Shown here in pieces: positions 28,780-38,661 of a stretch of DNA of 64,000 bases (the first letter of the stretch is position 1; the number at the start of each line of letters is the position of its first letter). Source of the DNA: Bradymonadia bacterium (GTDB lineage Bacteria > Myxococcota_A > Bradymonadia > UBA7976 > UBA1532). The notes under the pieces are model-generated. The model ran no database searches. It was not told the DNA's origin and saw nothing but the letters and a program-made list of their open reading frames with translations. Position numbers and translations under genes: made by a program. The stretch is taken from assembly GCA_046290225.1 (NCBI GenBank), contig JBKAGE010000044.1, positions 34,431-98,430 on the forward strand. The letters are read 5' to 3'.

Positions 28780-29691
28780 TCAGGGCAGCAACTGAAGAGG
28801 GGCCTCGCCCCTGGGGTGACGCTGTTCGATGAGCCACTTCTCCGCGGCGGGGCGATCCCACATCTTCTTCTGACGCTCGGCCCAAAGCTCGGCGCCACGG
28901 CGAGCGTGGGCCTGCAGCCGCGGGCTGAGAGGAGAGGCGCTCTTGGGGGTCCTGGCCGACTTCGTGGTCATCACCGAGACCCGGGGGCCGGTGATCCACA
29001 TCTCGCCGCCGCTGGGATTGTCTACGAGAAGATAGCTCTGGCCCAGCAGCTCCACGTCGACGAGGCCGCTGTACTTCTGCCACTTGATCTTGCCCTGGCG
29101 CAGGCCCTCGAGGCTGATCTCGCCACCTTCCGGGCTCAGGCTGACGCCTTCTGGATCTTCGCCCTCGTTGCGCGAGAGCGCCAACAGCGTCACCGAGCGG
29201 TTCAGGTCAGCATCTCCGGTGGTGCCCAGCCACACGCTGGCCTCGAGCACGCCCGCCTGAGCCTGGAACGAGATGAGCAACCCCTCGGCGTTGAACAGCC
29301 GCACCGCGGGCTGCCGCGTAGGCGAAGCCGGCAGCACGAAGTGATCGGCGCCAAAGCCCTGGGGCAAGGCAATGGGGGCCAGGGCCGAGGTGATCTCGAG
29401 AGGCGGGTTCATCACGAGGTTGCCTGCAGGATCATCACCGAAGGGCGAGCGCTCGATGAGGGCCCGCCGCGGGGGCCCGGCGTCGGGCACCATCATGTCG
29501 GGCAGCGCTGCATCAGGTGTGGGCTCTGCGTCGGGGATCACCTCGGCGTCAGCTGCGGTCATGGCGTCGGGGGTGACTGTGGCATCAAAGGCCATGTCCG
29601 GGGTCTCGTCCTGGCTGGTGGCCGACTCGGAGCAACCGAGGGCCAGCGCACCCACCATCAACAGCCATGCATTGCGTGTCGTGAAGCTCAT
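28780..29691 (-). CDS. Lipoprotein of unknown function
   Basis: LALGC lipobox, PDA/PDM-repeat linker, beta-rich domain; immediately downstream of the S41-like gene. Confidence 0.75.
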   Translation of the reverse strand: MSFTTRNAWLLMVGALALGCSESATSQDETPDMAFDATVTPDAMTAADAEVIPDAEPTPDAALPDMMVPDAGPPRRALIERSPFGDDPAGNLVMNPPLEITSALAPIALPQGFGADHFVLPASPTRQPAVRLFNAEGLLISFQAQAGVLEASVWLGTTGDADLNRSVTLLALSRNEGEDPEGVSLSPEGGEISLEGLRQGKIKWQKYSGLVDVELLGQSYLLVDNPSGGEMWITGPRVSVMTTKSARTPKSASPLSPRLQAHARRGAELWAERQKKMWDRPAAEKWLIEQRHPRGEAPLQLLP

Positions 29692-29692
29692 G

Positions 29693-31888
29693 TCACTCCT
29701 CCCCTTCCATCAGCCAGGCCCGAGCGGCCTCCATCACAGTGTCCACGCCCAACAGCAGATCGCTCTGCTTCTGATAGATCTCCACGTCGGGCTCCACCCC
29801 GAAGCCCGTTGAGAACTCGGAGATGGTCCCGTCGGCGTCGATGAACTGGGTGTCGTGCAGCTGGAAGCTGCCGCCGAAGACCTCGTTGAGCAGTTTGGGC
29901 AGCGAGGCGATGGGCCCGAAGGCACCGTAGGTCGGCGCCGGGCCGAAGATGCGGGTCAGCTCCGGATCGCGGAACTGCTGCAGCGCCCGGGGCAGGTAGT
30001 CGTTGCCCGAGACGTCGAGGCCGTTGACGATGGCCAGCTTCGCCTGGGCGAAGGTGCCCCGCCGAGGGCCACGGCCCCCGATCTCCTGGCTGAAGAAGCC
30101 ACCACACGCAGCAAAGAAACCGAAGCCCGAGGCACACTCCACGAGGCGCTGACGATCCGCGTCGGTCATCTCAGGGTCGATCTGCGGCACGATGTGCGCA
30201 TCGAAGAACAGCTCGGCGTCGAGGAAGGGCTCGAGGATGGTGTTGAGGCCTTGGAACGTGCCTCCGCCTCCCTGGCGCTGATCGAGGATGACCCGATCGG
30301 TGAGGGCGCTCATGGCGGCCTCGGCGAGGTTGGCCCACCGCCCCTGACCAGAGACACCGTTGATGTAGAGGGTGGTCACGCCGTCGTCTTCGCGCTGACC
30401 CACGAAGCTGCCTCGCAAGGCGTCGGGCAGGTCGAAGCCCCGCTGGAACCGGAAGTCGCACGAGGGGCTGCCGAAGCGCCAATCGAGCAGCTCGCCCTCC
30501 CACAGGCCCGAAGACAGCGCCGCGAGATCGACGTCGAAGCGCTCCACGGTCTCATCGGTGCACGGCACCGCCGCCTCGCCGTCGTACGGACAACGCTCGA
30601 AGGTCACCGTAGCCCCGGCCTTCATGGCGGCCTCGAGCAACTGCGGAGTGGTGATCACGTCTCGGGCTCGGGGATCACCGGGGTAGCTCAGGTTGCGATC
30701 AGAGAGCGCTCGGAAGTCGTCGATGGAGGCACCATCTACAGCCACCCAGGCATCGCCCGGGAGCAGCTGCGCCCCGAGGGGGTGCTCGGCATTCACCTCG
30801 TACACCAGCGGGTGCCGGCCGCCTCGGGGCAGCAAATCGGCCTCACCGATGTACAGGCAGGCCCCACCGCCGAGGCTGTACCCCTGGCTGCGAGGGGGCA
30901 GGCTGGCGTGACCATCGGCGAGATCGTCGTAGGCTCGACGGATGCCCGACCAGTAGGTCACTGTGTCGGCCTCGGCGAGGCCCATCATCTGCTCTTCAAA
31001 GGCGTCCATGACCGAGAGGGCGTACCGGGCCCCCATCATCAAGCGCGCCCGAGCCACCTGGCGGGCGAGGTACTCGCGGCGCACTGCGCTGTTGGGCACG
31101 GTGCCGTGCACCGGCAGCGCGTCGACGCATCGACCGATGAAGCATGTGGCCTCAGCGGCGCAGGTTTCGGACTCCGTGCCCCGGGTGCAGGCCTCCCCCG
31201 TACCAATGGCCGGGCCCAGATCGCGCACGGTGAGGCCGTCCACCAGAGTGGTGCCCTCGGTGTTGCTGGCGAACCGGAAGATCTGCCGCTCGAGGCTGGT
31301 GGTGCCGATGATGCTGATCGCTCGGGCCTCCACGGCGCCGGCGAGGGTGAAGTCCACGGGGCCCGAGGAGATCTCGATCCAGCCGTCATCGGTGGCGCGG
31401 CCCGTGGGCAGCAGCTGCACCGTGCCTGGGGCCGAGAAGAGCTCGGGGCTGTCTTCGGGCAGCTCACCCACGGGCATCGAGAGATAGCGTACGAAGGCGT
31501 AGAGGTCCGACCCTTCAGGGCGGTACCACATACGGAACTCCACCCGGCGGCCCTGCAACGCTGGGGCGGCGTTGTCGAAGGTCACCAGCAGGCTGCCCAC
31601 TTGCGTGCCCAGGCTCATGGCCCGCTGGCCCTCGATCATCCCTCGGGGATCACGCTCGAGCACGGCCTCGAGAGCCTCCGGCGCCAACGGGGTGCCATCA
31701 GGGGCGGCGACGATGATCGAGCCGAAGGCGTCGAGATCGCTCAAGGCCTCGAAGCCAACTCCGATCTCGTCATCGCCGAAGGCCTCGTAGCCGGTGCGGG
31801 TGTCAAATTCCGCCTGTGCAGGCGAGGTGAAGGCGAGCAGCGCCCCCAAAATCATCGGACCCGAGGCCCGAGCGGTCATCCACGACAT
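29693..31888 (-). CDS. Secreted S41-family (tail-specific protease-like) peptidase
   Basis: ILDQRQGGGG, DVSGND, IFG.APTYGA, GVEPDVEI motifs; PDZ-like LLPGD..VAVDG; signal peptide. Confidence 0.75.
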   Translation of the reverse strand: MSWMTARASGPMILGALLAFTSPAQAEFDTRTGYEAFGDDEIGVGFEALSDLDAFGSIIVAAPDGTPLAPEALEAVLERDPRGMIEGQRAMSLGTQVGSLLVTFDNAAPALQGRRVEFRMWYRPEGSDLYAFVRYLSMPVGELPEDSPELFSAPGTVQLLPTGRATDDGWIEISSGPVDFTLAGAVEARAISIIGTTSLERQIFRFASNTEGTTLVDGLTVRDLGPAIGTGEACTRGTESETCAAEATCFIGRCVDALPVHGTVPNSAVRREYLARQVARARLMMGARYALSVMDAFEEQMMGLAEADTVTYWSGIRRAYDDLADGHASLPPRSQGYSLGGGACLYIGEADLLPRGGRHPLVYEVNAEHPLGAQLLPGDAWVAVDGASIDDFRALSDRNLSYPGDPRARDVITTPQLLEAAMKAGATVTFERCPYDGEAAVPCTDETVERFDVDLAALSSGLWEGELLDWRFGSPSCDFRFQRGFDLPDALRGSFVGQREDDGVTTLYINGVSGQGRWANLAEAAMSALTDRVILDQRQGGGGTFQGLNTILEPFLDAELFFDAHIVPQIDPEMTDADRQRLVECASGFGFFAACGGFFSQEIGGRGPRRGTFAQAKLAIVNGLDVSGNDYLPRALQQFRDPELTRIFGPAPTYGAFGPIASLPKLLNEVFGGSFQLHDTQFIDADGTISEFSTGFGVEPDVEIYQKQSDLLLGVDTVMEAARAWLMEGEE

Positions 31889-31988
31889 GGCAAGTTCCCA
31901 ATCAATGCAGATGCTCATCAATGGGCGCCGTTTATGACGAGGAAGCACGCCAACCTCAAGGGCAGCCACCTGCCCTCGCAGTCTCGAC

Positions 31989-32582
31989 TCAGCCCTCGAG
32001 TGCTCGCATCTGCTCGAGATCGGCAGGGGTGTCGAGATCGAGCGCGCCGTGGGGCATCTGCACCGGCACGATGTCGAGAGGCCCGCCCCGCAGCAGCTTT
32101 CGGGCACCAGACTCAGGTGGCAGGCCAATCAAGTGAGGCCAGGCGGATGGCCGAAAGCACGCTGGCGGACCGAGCACTCCGGCATAGGCAGCAGCAGATC
32201 CATCCGCACTCGGCGTCGAAAAAGCTGCGGAGATCAAAGCGCTTAAATCTTCCGTCTCCACCCGTGGCTGATCACACAACATGACCATGAGGTGGTCCAC
32301 CGACGCCCCGCCCCTGGTCATGGCGTGTCGCACTCCACTGACAATGGAGGCCCCCATCCCGAGGGCCCACGCCTCAGACCAAATCACCTCGGCCTCTGGG
32401 GGTACATGCGGCGCGATGACCTCTCGATGCGCTCCGAGCACCACCCATGGCTCGAGACCAGCGCTCGCGGCCACCCGCACCGCCCGCTCCACGAGGGTGG
32501 TCCCATCGAGGGTGATCAGGGGCTTGATGCGTCCCATACGACGCCCTTCGCCGGCGGCGAGGATCAGCGCTGCGCCCTTCAC
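31989..32582 (-). CDS. MocA/MobA-like nucleotidyltransferase
   Basis: ILAAGEGRRMG..K, GMGASI, LCDQP, GPPACF, DLDTPAD motifs. Confidence 0.9.
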   Translation of the reverse strand: MKGAALILAAGEGRRMGRIKPLITLDGTTLVERAVRVAASAGLEPWVVLGAHREVIAPHVPPEAEVIWSEAWALGMGASIVSGVRHAMTRGGASVDHLMVMLCDQPRVETEDLSALISAAFSTPSADGSAAAYAGVLGPPACFRPSAWPHLIGLPPESGARKLLRGGPLDIVPVQMPHGALDLDTPADLEQMRALEG

Positions 32583-32723
32583 CGTGTCCCCCGGGTTTCG
32601 CCTCTGTAACAAATCATCAACACCCTCTCGGAGCTGTCGACCTCGGCGGGGCTGTGACACTACCCTCCCCGCGCCTTTGACTGATGCGCTCATTGTGGCC
32701 ACACCTCACCGGGGAGATCGACC

Positions 32724-34289
32724 ATGAAGCACCTGACCTTGCTCGCGCTCGGCGCAGCCCTCACCCTCAGCGCCTGCTCGGAAGCCAGTGACGACGACGG
32801 GCCTATGCCTGCGGGCGCAGGTGGAAGCGCTGGCAACGCAGGCGGCTCGAGCGGTGGCACCGCTGGGGCTGGTGGTACGGCAGGGGGTGAAGGGGGTGCT
32901 GGCGGCATGGCCGGTGCTGGTGGTGCCATTGGTGGCGCTGGAGGCGAGGCTGGCTCAGGGGGCGAGGCGGGTATGGGCGGCGCCGGCGGCGCCGCTGGTG
33001 CTGGGGGTACTGGTGGCGAAGCCGGCGCAGGTGGATCTGCTCTGGGCACGCTCACCTGCCCCGACTACTGCGAGGCCTTCGAGGCCCAATGCCCCGAGGC
33101 CTTCGCAGTCCGTGGCAATTGCGACGACTGCCCTGATGTCTTCGCCGGTGAGGGGCCCACATTCACCCGCGCGCAGTCCATCTGCCAGGGGGCCTTCAAC
33201 GCAGCGCCTGATGAGGCTGCATGTACCGCCTTCTATGCCTGTCTTGGTGACAGCGACGGTTTGAGCGGCGTGGGACAGAGCCTCACAGCCACCCTCACTG
33301 GCACCCTCACCAGCACCCTCGAAGAGACTGCAGATCTCGACATCGAGCGTGCAGATGCGTGGGCCATCGTGGGCACCAAGAACAGTGGTAACCCTGGCGA
33401 TCTCGAGCTGCTCATCGCCATCGAGGGCGAGTTCTATCGGCTGGAGTTCGACGATCTCGGCGGTGAAGATGGCGGCAGCAGCTATGCAGCCTCTGACTTC
33501 CCCGTCACTCTGGAGAGCTCCACCCTCGATCTGGAGTTCACCGTCGGCGACATCGTCCTCGACGCGCTCAGTCTCGATCCCTTCGCGTTGCACATCAGCG
33601 GCACTTTCACCGCACCGGATGGAAGCACCATCACCCTGAGCGCCACCACCGCGGCCGCACCACCACCACCTGGCGCGCTGGACTGTGGCGCGCTGTGCGA
33701 TACCTTCGCCGAGGACTGCCCTGGCGCTGCAGCCATCAACGACACCTGTGCTGCCGACTGCGCAGTCATCCTCGAAGGCGTGGACGGCGAAGCGCACCCC
33801 GAGACCTTCACGCGCGCCGAAGCTGTGTGCACTGGTGCCCAGGCGAGCGCGTCCTGCCAGGCCATCTACACCTGTATTCTCGACGACGACGGCCTCAACG
33901 CTGTGGCTGAAGGCGGTGTGGACATGGTCATCACCGGTGAGGCCGGAGGCACGGCGTACAATCTGACCCAGGACAACGCCTGGGCTGGCGTGGGCAGCAA
34001 AGGCAGCGGCGCCCTCGCAGATCTCGAGCTGGTCATTGCCGAAGGGGTGGACTTCTACACCATCGAGATCGACGACTTCGCCGCGGAGGCCGCTGACGGC
34101 ATCACCCTCGACGCCGCTGATCACCGCGTACGCATCAAGCGAGGCGGCGAAGAGGTGGATCTCGAGATGGGGACCATCGAAGTGCAGACCTTCTCCATCG
34201 AGGGTGACTTCGACTTCTCGGCCACGGTGAACATCGTGGGCGCCGACGAGTCGCTCAGCATCTCCGCCTCGGGCAGCTTCGCAGAGTAA
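32724..34289 (+). CDS. Lipoprotein with Gly-rich linker and two ~200-aa internal repeats
   Basis: LSAC lipobox; duplicated C..C..F...CP...TFTRA..C...Y.C..D.DGL and AWA.VG.K.SG...DLEL.IA blocks. Confidence 0.8.
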   Translation: MKHLTLLALGAALTLSACSEASDDDGPMPAGAGGSAGNAGGSSGGTAGAGGTAGGEGGAGGMAGAGGAIGGAGGEAGSGGEAGMGGAGGAAGAGGTGGEAGAGGSALGTLTCPDYCEAFEAQCPEAFAVRGNCDDCPDVFAGEGPTFTRAQSICQGAFNAAPDEAACTAFYACLGDSDGLSGVGQSLTATLTGTLTSTLEETADLDIERADAWAIVGTKNSGNPGDLELLIAIEGEFYRLEFDDLGGEDGGSSYAASDFPVTLESSTLDLEFTVGDIVLDALSLDPFALHISGTFTAPDGSTITLSATTAAAPPPPGALDCGALCDTFAEDCPGAAAINDTCAADCAVILEGVDGEAHPETFTRAEAVCTGAQASASCQAIYTCILDDDGLNAVAEGGVDMVITGEAGGTAYNLTQDNAWAGVGSKGSGALADLELVIAEGVDFYTIEIDDFAAEAADGITLDAADHRVRIKRGGEEVDLEMGTIEVQTFSIEGDFDFSATVNIVGADESLSISASGSFAE

Positions 34290-34370
34290 ACTCGACTCCG
34301 CGGCCCTTCTCCCGACCTCCTACCGCTGATACGGTGCAGGCCTTCTCATCCTCTCGAAAGGCCGGGTTCC

Positions 34371-35144
34371 ATGGCTCATACCCTCGACTTCACAGGTAAA
34401 CGCGTCCTCGTCACTGGTGGCTCGGGCGACATCGGGCGGGCCCTCTGCGCCGCCTTCGCCGGCCAGGGCGCCCGGGTCGGGTTCACCTACTTCTCGAGTC
34501 ACGAGGGGCAAGCCGCCACCGAAGCGGCGATCCGTGAAGCGCGGCCTGAAGGTGGCCCCGAGCCCACCTCGTGGCGGGTCAACCTCAAGGGCAAGGGCGC
34601 GGCTGAAGAGCTCGCTGAGCAGGTGCAGGCTGAGTTCGGCGGCCTCGACATCTTCATCAGCAACGCCGCCTCTGGGGTGCTCAAGCCCGCCACCGAGCTC
34701 ACCGGCAAGCACTGGGACTGGACCCTCACCATCAACGCCAAGTCGTTCCTGGGGCTCACCGGCGCCCTGGCGCCGCTCATGAGTGAAGGCGGCCGCATCA
34801 TGGCCCTCAGCTCTGCTGGCGCCACCCGAGCCATCGAGAACTATGCCGCCATCGGCGCCTCGAAGGCTGCCCTGGAGAGCCTCGTGCGCCACTTCGCCAT
34901 GGAGCTCGGCCCCAAGGGGATCACCGTGAACGCTCTGTGCCCAGGTGTCGTCGACACTCAGGCCCTCGATCACTTCCCCAACCGGGACCAGTTGTTGAAC
35001 ATCGCCGGCATCCGCACCCCCAATGGTCGCATCGCCACCCCCACCGACGTCGCCGAGGTGGCCCTGCTCGTAGCCAGCCCCCTCGCGGGGATGATCCAGG
35101 GGCAGACCATCAACATCGACGGGGGCTACGGCATCCTGGCGTGA
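34371..35144 (+). CDS. fabL: FabL-type enoyl-ACP reductase (SDR)
   Basis: TGGSGDIG, NAASGVLKP, NYAAIGASKAALESLVR, DTQALDHFPNR motifs. Confidence 0.82.
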   Translation: MAHTLDFTGKRVLVTGGSGDIGRALCAAFAGQGARVGFTYFSSHEGQAATEAAIREARPEGGPEPTSWRVNLKGKGAAEELAEQVQAEFGGLDIFISNAASGVLKPATELTGKHWDWTLTINAKSFLGLTGALAPLMSEGGRIMALSSAGATRAIENYAAIGASKAALESLVRHFAMELGPKGITVNALCPGVVDTQALDHFPNRDQLLNIAGIRTPNGRIATPTDVAEVALLVASPLAGMIQGQTINIDGGYGILA

Positions 35145-35153
35145 CGCGGTCGA

Positions 35154-35942
35154 TTACTTCTTCATGGCCACAGAGCTGATCTTGTGCAGGGCCCCCTTGG
35201 GCCCGGCGAAGATCATCTGCATGCCCTGGTAAGGACAGGTGGCCACAGTGGCACCGCGGTTACGCTGGATATCGCAGGTGTTGAACCGCAGCTTGCCCAG
35301 TACGTCAGCCTCCACCAGCTCGGTGGTGAACTGGCGGCTGCCACCGCAGTACGTCTTGCCTGGCTCGACGTCGATCATATCCACCTTGCCCTTGCCGGGC
35401 AGCCAGGCCCCCTGCCCCGGAGCCACATAGCCAGCGCACTTCGCCTGCTTGCTCTGCGTGGCTGCATCTGCCCGCACCTCGATGTCGACGCCGCCCATGT
35501 GCTGCAGCACCGTCACCCCCTTCTCGCAGGTGAGGACGTTCCCACCGGTCCGGGTCTCCAACGCGCCACAGTTGCCGAGCCAGGAGGCGATGGCCTCAGG
35601 CACATTCACGTCGCTCTCCAGCCTCGGCTGGGTGCCCATCTCCAAGCAGGTCTCGCTGTTGAGGCTGTGGCGCACCGCCACCACCTTGCGATCGTCGCCG
35701 TCAGCCTTGTCGAACTGCAGCTCGGTGTGGCCCACCTTCTTCCACACGTCGATGCCGCCATCCTCGACGGCGCCGATCTTCTCGACATCTTTGATGGTCA
35801 TCCCCAGATCGAAGGGTCCGATGGCCTTGGTGGGCTGCACCTGCACGCAGGCCTTCTTCGCCGTGTTGGCTTCTGCATCCTGGCTCGCCATGGACACGGT
35901 GGACACGACACTCAGGCAGAACAAAAAGCGGGGGGTGAACAT
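35154..35942 (-). CDS. Secreted hypothetical protein
   Basis: Signal peptide (AEA), paired Cys, weak internal duplication (CGALETRTGGNVLTC / CDIQRNRGATVATC). Confidence 0.7.
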   Translation of the reverse strand: MFTPRFLFCLSVVSTVSMASQDAEANTAKKACVQVQPTKAIGPFDLGMTIKDVEKIGAVEDGGIDVWKKVGHTELQFDKADGDDRKVVAVRHSLNSETCLEMGTQPRLESDVNVPEAIASWLGNCGALETRTGGNVLTCEKGVTVLQHMGGVDIEVRADAATQSKQAKCAGYVAPGQGAWLPGKGKVDMIDVEPGKTYCGGSRQFTTELVEADVLGKLRFNTCDIQRNRGATVATCPYQGMQMIFAGPKGALHKISSVAMKK

Positions 35943-36073
35943 CTTCGCCAGTCTCCTCGTTGAATGCTCAGGCGGTCTACGCCCGAGCCCCTCTTACGAT
36001 CTGAGGGGCTTGCAGAAAATCACTCTAGAGGGCACACCACAAGACCATGTTGTCTGCTTCGAAAGGCCTGTTG

Positions 36074-36571
36074 ATGCGTCGATCCCTCTCATCGCTGTTC
36101 ATCACTGGAGCCCTCCTGGGCTCTGCCTGGCTCTCCACCGCACAGGCAGCACCGCCCCCCGACACCACCCGAGTGGCCCCTCTGCTCGATCAGGGTCGGT
36201 ATGCCGAGGCGGCCAAAGTGTACGCTGATTTGTACGAGGCCAAGGGCAGCAACGACACGCTCTTCAACGCCGCTTTCTACTATGGCCGCGCCCGGCAGCC
36301 CGAGAAGGCCATGCCCTTCGCCAAGGCCTACCTCGAGAAAGTGGCGTGCCAGAGCCCCGCTCAGCTGACGCCGCGTCAGGTGCGTCACTGCGCCCTCTCT
36401 GCAGAGATGCTCGGGCATCTCGAGCAGGCCCTCGCTCTCTTCGAGGGCTACCAGAAGCGCGCCAAGGTCTGGGCCCACCGCAGCCGGGCCGAGGACGACA
36501 TCCATCGGGTTCAGCTCAAGATGAAGGTGAAGGCCCTCGAGGCCGAGCTCGCCGCCCTCAAGGGCAAATGA
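36074..36571 (+). CDS. Secreted TPR-like helical protein
   Basis: Signal peptide (AQA); TPR-like helices GRYAEAAKVY and LGHLEQALALF. Confidence 0.7.
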   Translation: MRRSLSSLFITGALLGSAWLSTAQAAPPPDTTRVAPLLDQGRYAEAAKVYADLYEAKGSNDTLFNAAFYYGRARQPEKAMPFAKAYLEKVACQSPAQLTPRQVRHCALSAEMLGHLEQALALFEGYQKRAKVWAHRSRAEDDIHRVQLKMKVKALEAELAALKGK

Positions 36572-36722
36572 GTCACCGGTCACCAGAGTGGCCACTCCAC
36601 TGACCACTTCCACCACCCCTGGCGAGGCCGGTGGCCCCCTGCCCGACCCATATATCCAGAACTTATGATTGGAATGGCCCTTGCACCTCTCTGCCACCGA
36701 GGATTGGAGAAGGCTGGGATAC

Positions 36723-38561
36723 ATGAACACTCTGAAGACTTGCTGGATGCGCCGTCGAACACTCACCGCCCTGATGCTGGCCATGGGTGCCCTGATGGGC
36801 GGAGGCTGTGACAGCGCCGAAGACGAGACCGTCGAAGGGCCCGCACTGCCCTTCGAGCACGCCGAGGACGGCGTCGAGCCTGATTATACGGGCAAGAACG
36901 ACGACGCCATCCCGCTGACCCTCGTCACCAGCAAGCCCGAGATCAACGTCTATGCGCGCCTCGACGCCGATCGCATGGGCAACCTCAGCCGCGGCAAGAC
37001 CGCCATGTTCAACCTCGACGGCATGAAGCTCTCTGATCACACCGTGCTGATCATCGACGGCGACCTGCACACCTACGAGGGCGACGTGGAGACCCACCGC
37101 TTGGTGGTGAAGCCCGAGCACATCTCTGCAAAGGAAGGCGCCGCCAACCCCGACGGCTTCTTCATCGTCGACCTCAAAGACGAAGACAACATCCAGGTCA
37201 TCAAGGCCGACGGCGCCCCCTTCGGCAGCAACCCCGGCGTGTTCCGGGGTCGCATCATCGCCACCGAGGCCATCGCCCCGGGCGATGTGGTGAGCGAGAG
37301 CCTCTACGACTACTACCTGGAGCCTGCCGCCTTCGGCCAGCGGGCCCCCAACGTGCTCAGCTTCCCCGGGCGCAACCGCAGCTTCAACATCCGCCCCGCC
37401 ATGGGCCTGACCATGCTCTCCCCCACGGGGAACTGCCTCGGCTCCGACCTGGTTCAGACCACCCTCGCCGGTGAGAAGCTCAACATCGAGGCCGGCTTCC
37501 AGGGCTTCCCCGCAGGGCGGAAGATCACCGTCGAAGCCCGCCTGCTCATGCCCCACTACACCGCCGAGAGCACCCTCGGTCAGCTGTGGAACTACGCTGA
37601 AGGTCTCTTCGGAGACGAGGCCGACGTGGTGGTCTTCCGGGAGCAGGTCACCCCCAACGAGAACGGCGAGGTGCGGATCAGCTTCGACAAGTTCACCGTG
37701 CGCCACCCGGGCTTCGGCGAGGACTACTACACCTTGAGCATCGACGTGCTCGCCTACAGCGCCGACGGCAACGTGCAGCCCTCCGCTCAGTCCCCTGCCC
37801 ACCACCTCGTCGTGGTGCGCCCCGACACCCTCGTGCCCGTGGACGCCTTCGAGCTGTGCCCCCCCGGGGACGACGAGTGCAAAGATCTGCGCGATCGCTA
37901 CGCCTCTGAAGATGTGCTCGCCCGCCGCCAGATCGTGGAGTGGAAGGCAGAGCGCGACGGCCTCTACGACACCATCACCCGCCCCCTCGGCCGCTGCGCC
38001 GGTGGCGACCAGGTGGCCGGTGAGTTCACCGAGAGCTGCACCTACTACCACGAGTCCAGCGACATGGAGCTCGCCGCCAGCGTGGAGGCCGAGCTGAACT
38101 TCGAGCTGAGCGTGAACGGCCAGGCCAGCGGCGAGGGCAGCTGGGGTGGCAGCATCGACGGCCTCGCCACGGGCTCCATCGAGGGGGCCTTCAAGGCCGC
38201 CTTCTCCCTCGAGGCCGACCTCAAGGGCAAGTTCAAGACCTCCCGGGTCTGGAAGAACCGCCGCAGCCTCGACGTGCTCTACGACCCTTCCTCCACTCAG
38301 ATCCAGTGGTGGCGCGTGGTCACCCCCCGCGTGCGCTACCTCGAGCTGGCCCAGTTCGATGCCTGCGGCGCCCGCCACGCCGAGTACAAGATGTACCTCT
38401 CCGATCTGCGGGACTCCCGCCTCGTGCTCGCCTGCGAAGAGGTGCCCAGCTTCGACTCCGTGTGCCACGCCGTGGAGCCCACCGCCGAGCGCGTCCAGGC
38501 CTGCAACACCCTGCTCCTCGATCCCGAGAGCGCAGAGGGCCAGGCCTGCCTCGGCGAGTAA
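36723..38561 (+). CDS. Lipoprotein of unknown function with an amphipathic beta-hairpin region
   Basis: GGGC lipobox, GKND motif, strongly GC3-biased frame. Confidence 0.75.
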   Translation: MNTLKTCWMRRRTLTALMLAMGALMGGGCDSAEDETVEGPALPFEHAEDGVEPDYTGKNDDAIPLTLVTSKPEINVYARLDADRMGNLSRGKTAMFNLDGMKLSDHTVLIIDGDLHTYEGDVETHRLVVKPEHISAKEGAANPDGFFIVDLKDEDNIQVIKADGAPFGSNPGVFRGRIIATEAIAPGDVVSESLYDYYLEPAAFGQRAPNVLSFPGRNRSFNIRPAMGLTMLSPTGNCLGSDLVQTTLAGEKLNIEAGFQGFPAGRKITVEARLLMPHYTAESTLGQLWNYAEGLFGDEADVVVFREQVTPNENGEVRISFDKFTVRHPGFGEDYYTLSIDVLAYSADGNVQPSAQSPAHHLVVVRPDTLVPVDAFELCPPGDDECKDLRDRYASEDVLARRQIVEWKAERDGLYDTITRPLGRCAGGDQVAGEFTESCTYYHESSDMELAASVEAELNFELSVNGQASGEGSWGGSIDGLATGSIEGAFKAAFSLEADLKGKFKTSRVWKNRRSLDVLYDPSSTQIQWWRVVTPRVRYLELAQFDACGARHAEYKMYLSDLRDSRLVLACEEVPSFDSVCHAVEPTAERVQACNTLLLDPESAEGQACLGE

Positions 38562-38661
38562 TCAGCCCCGGGAACACCCCACCCCCACCCCGGGGTTGCA
38601 GACCTTGCAGCTCAGCCTCAGCTGAGCCAAGGTGTCAGCCACCTTCAGCCCCCGGGATCAC

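Noticed and set aside
29855..38468. Long antisense ORFs 29855-32284 (+), 32955-34124 (-) and 36663-38468 (-)
   Set aside because: They lie opposite well-supported genes and have no motifs of their own.
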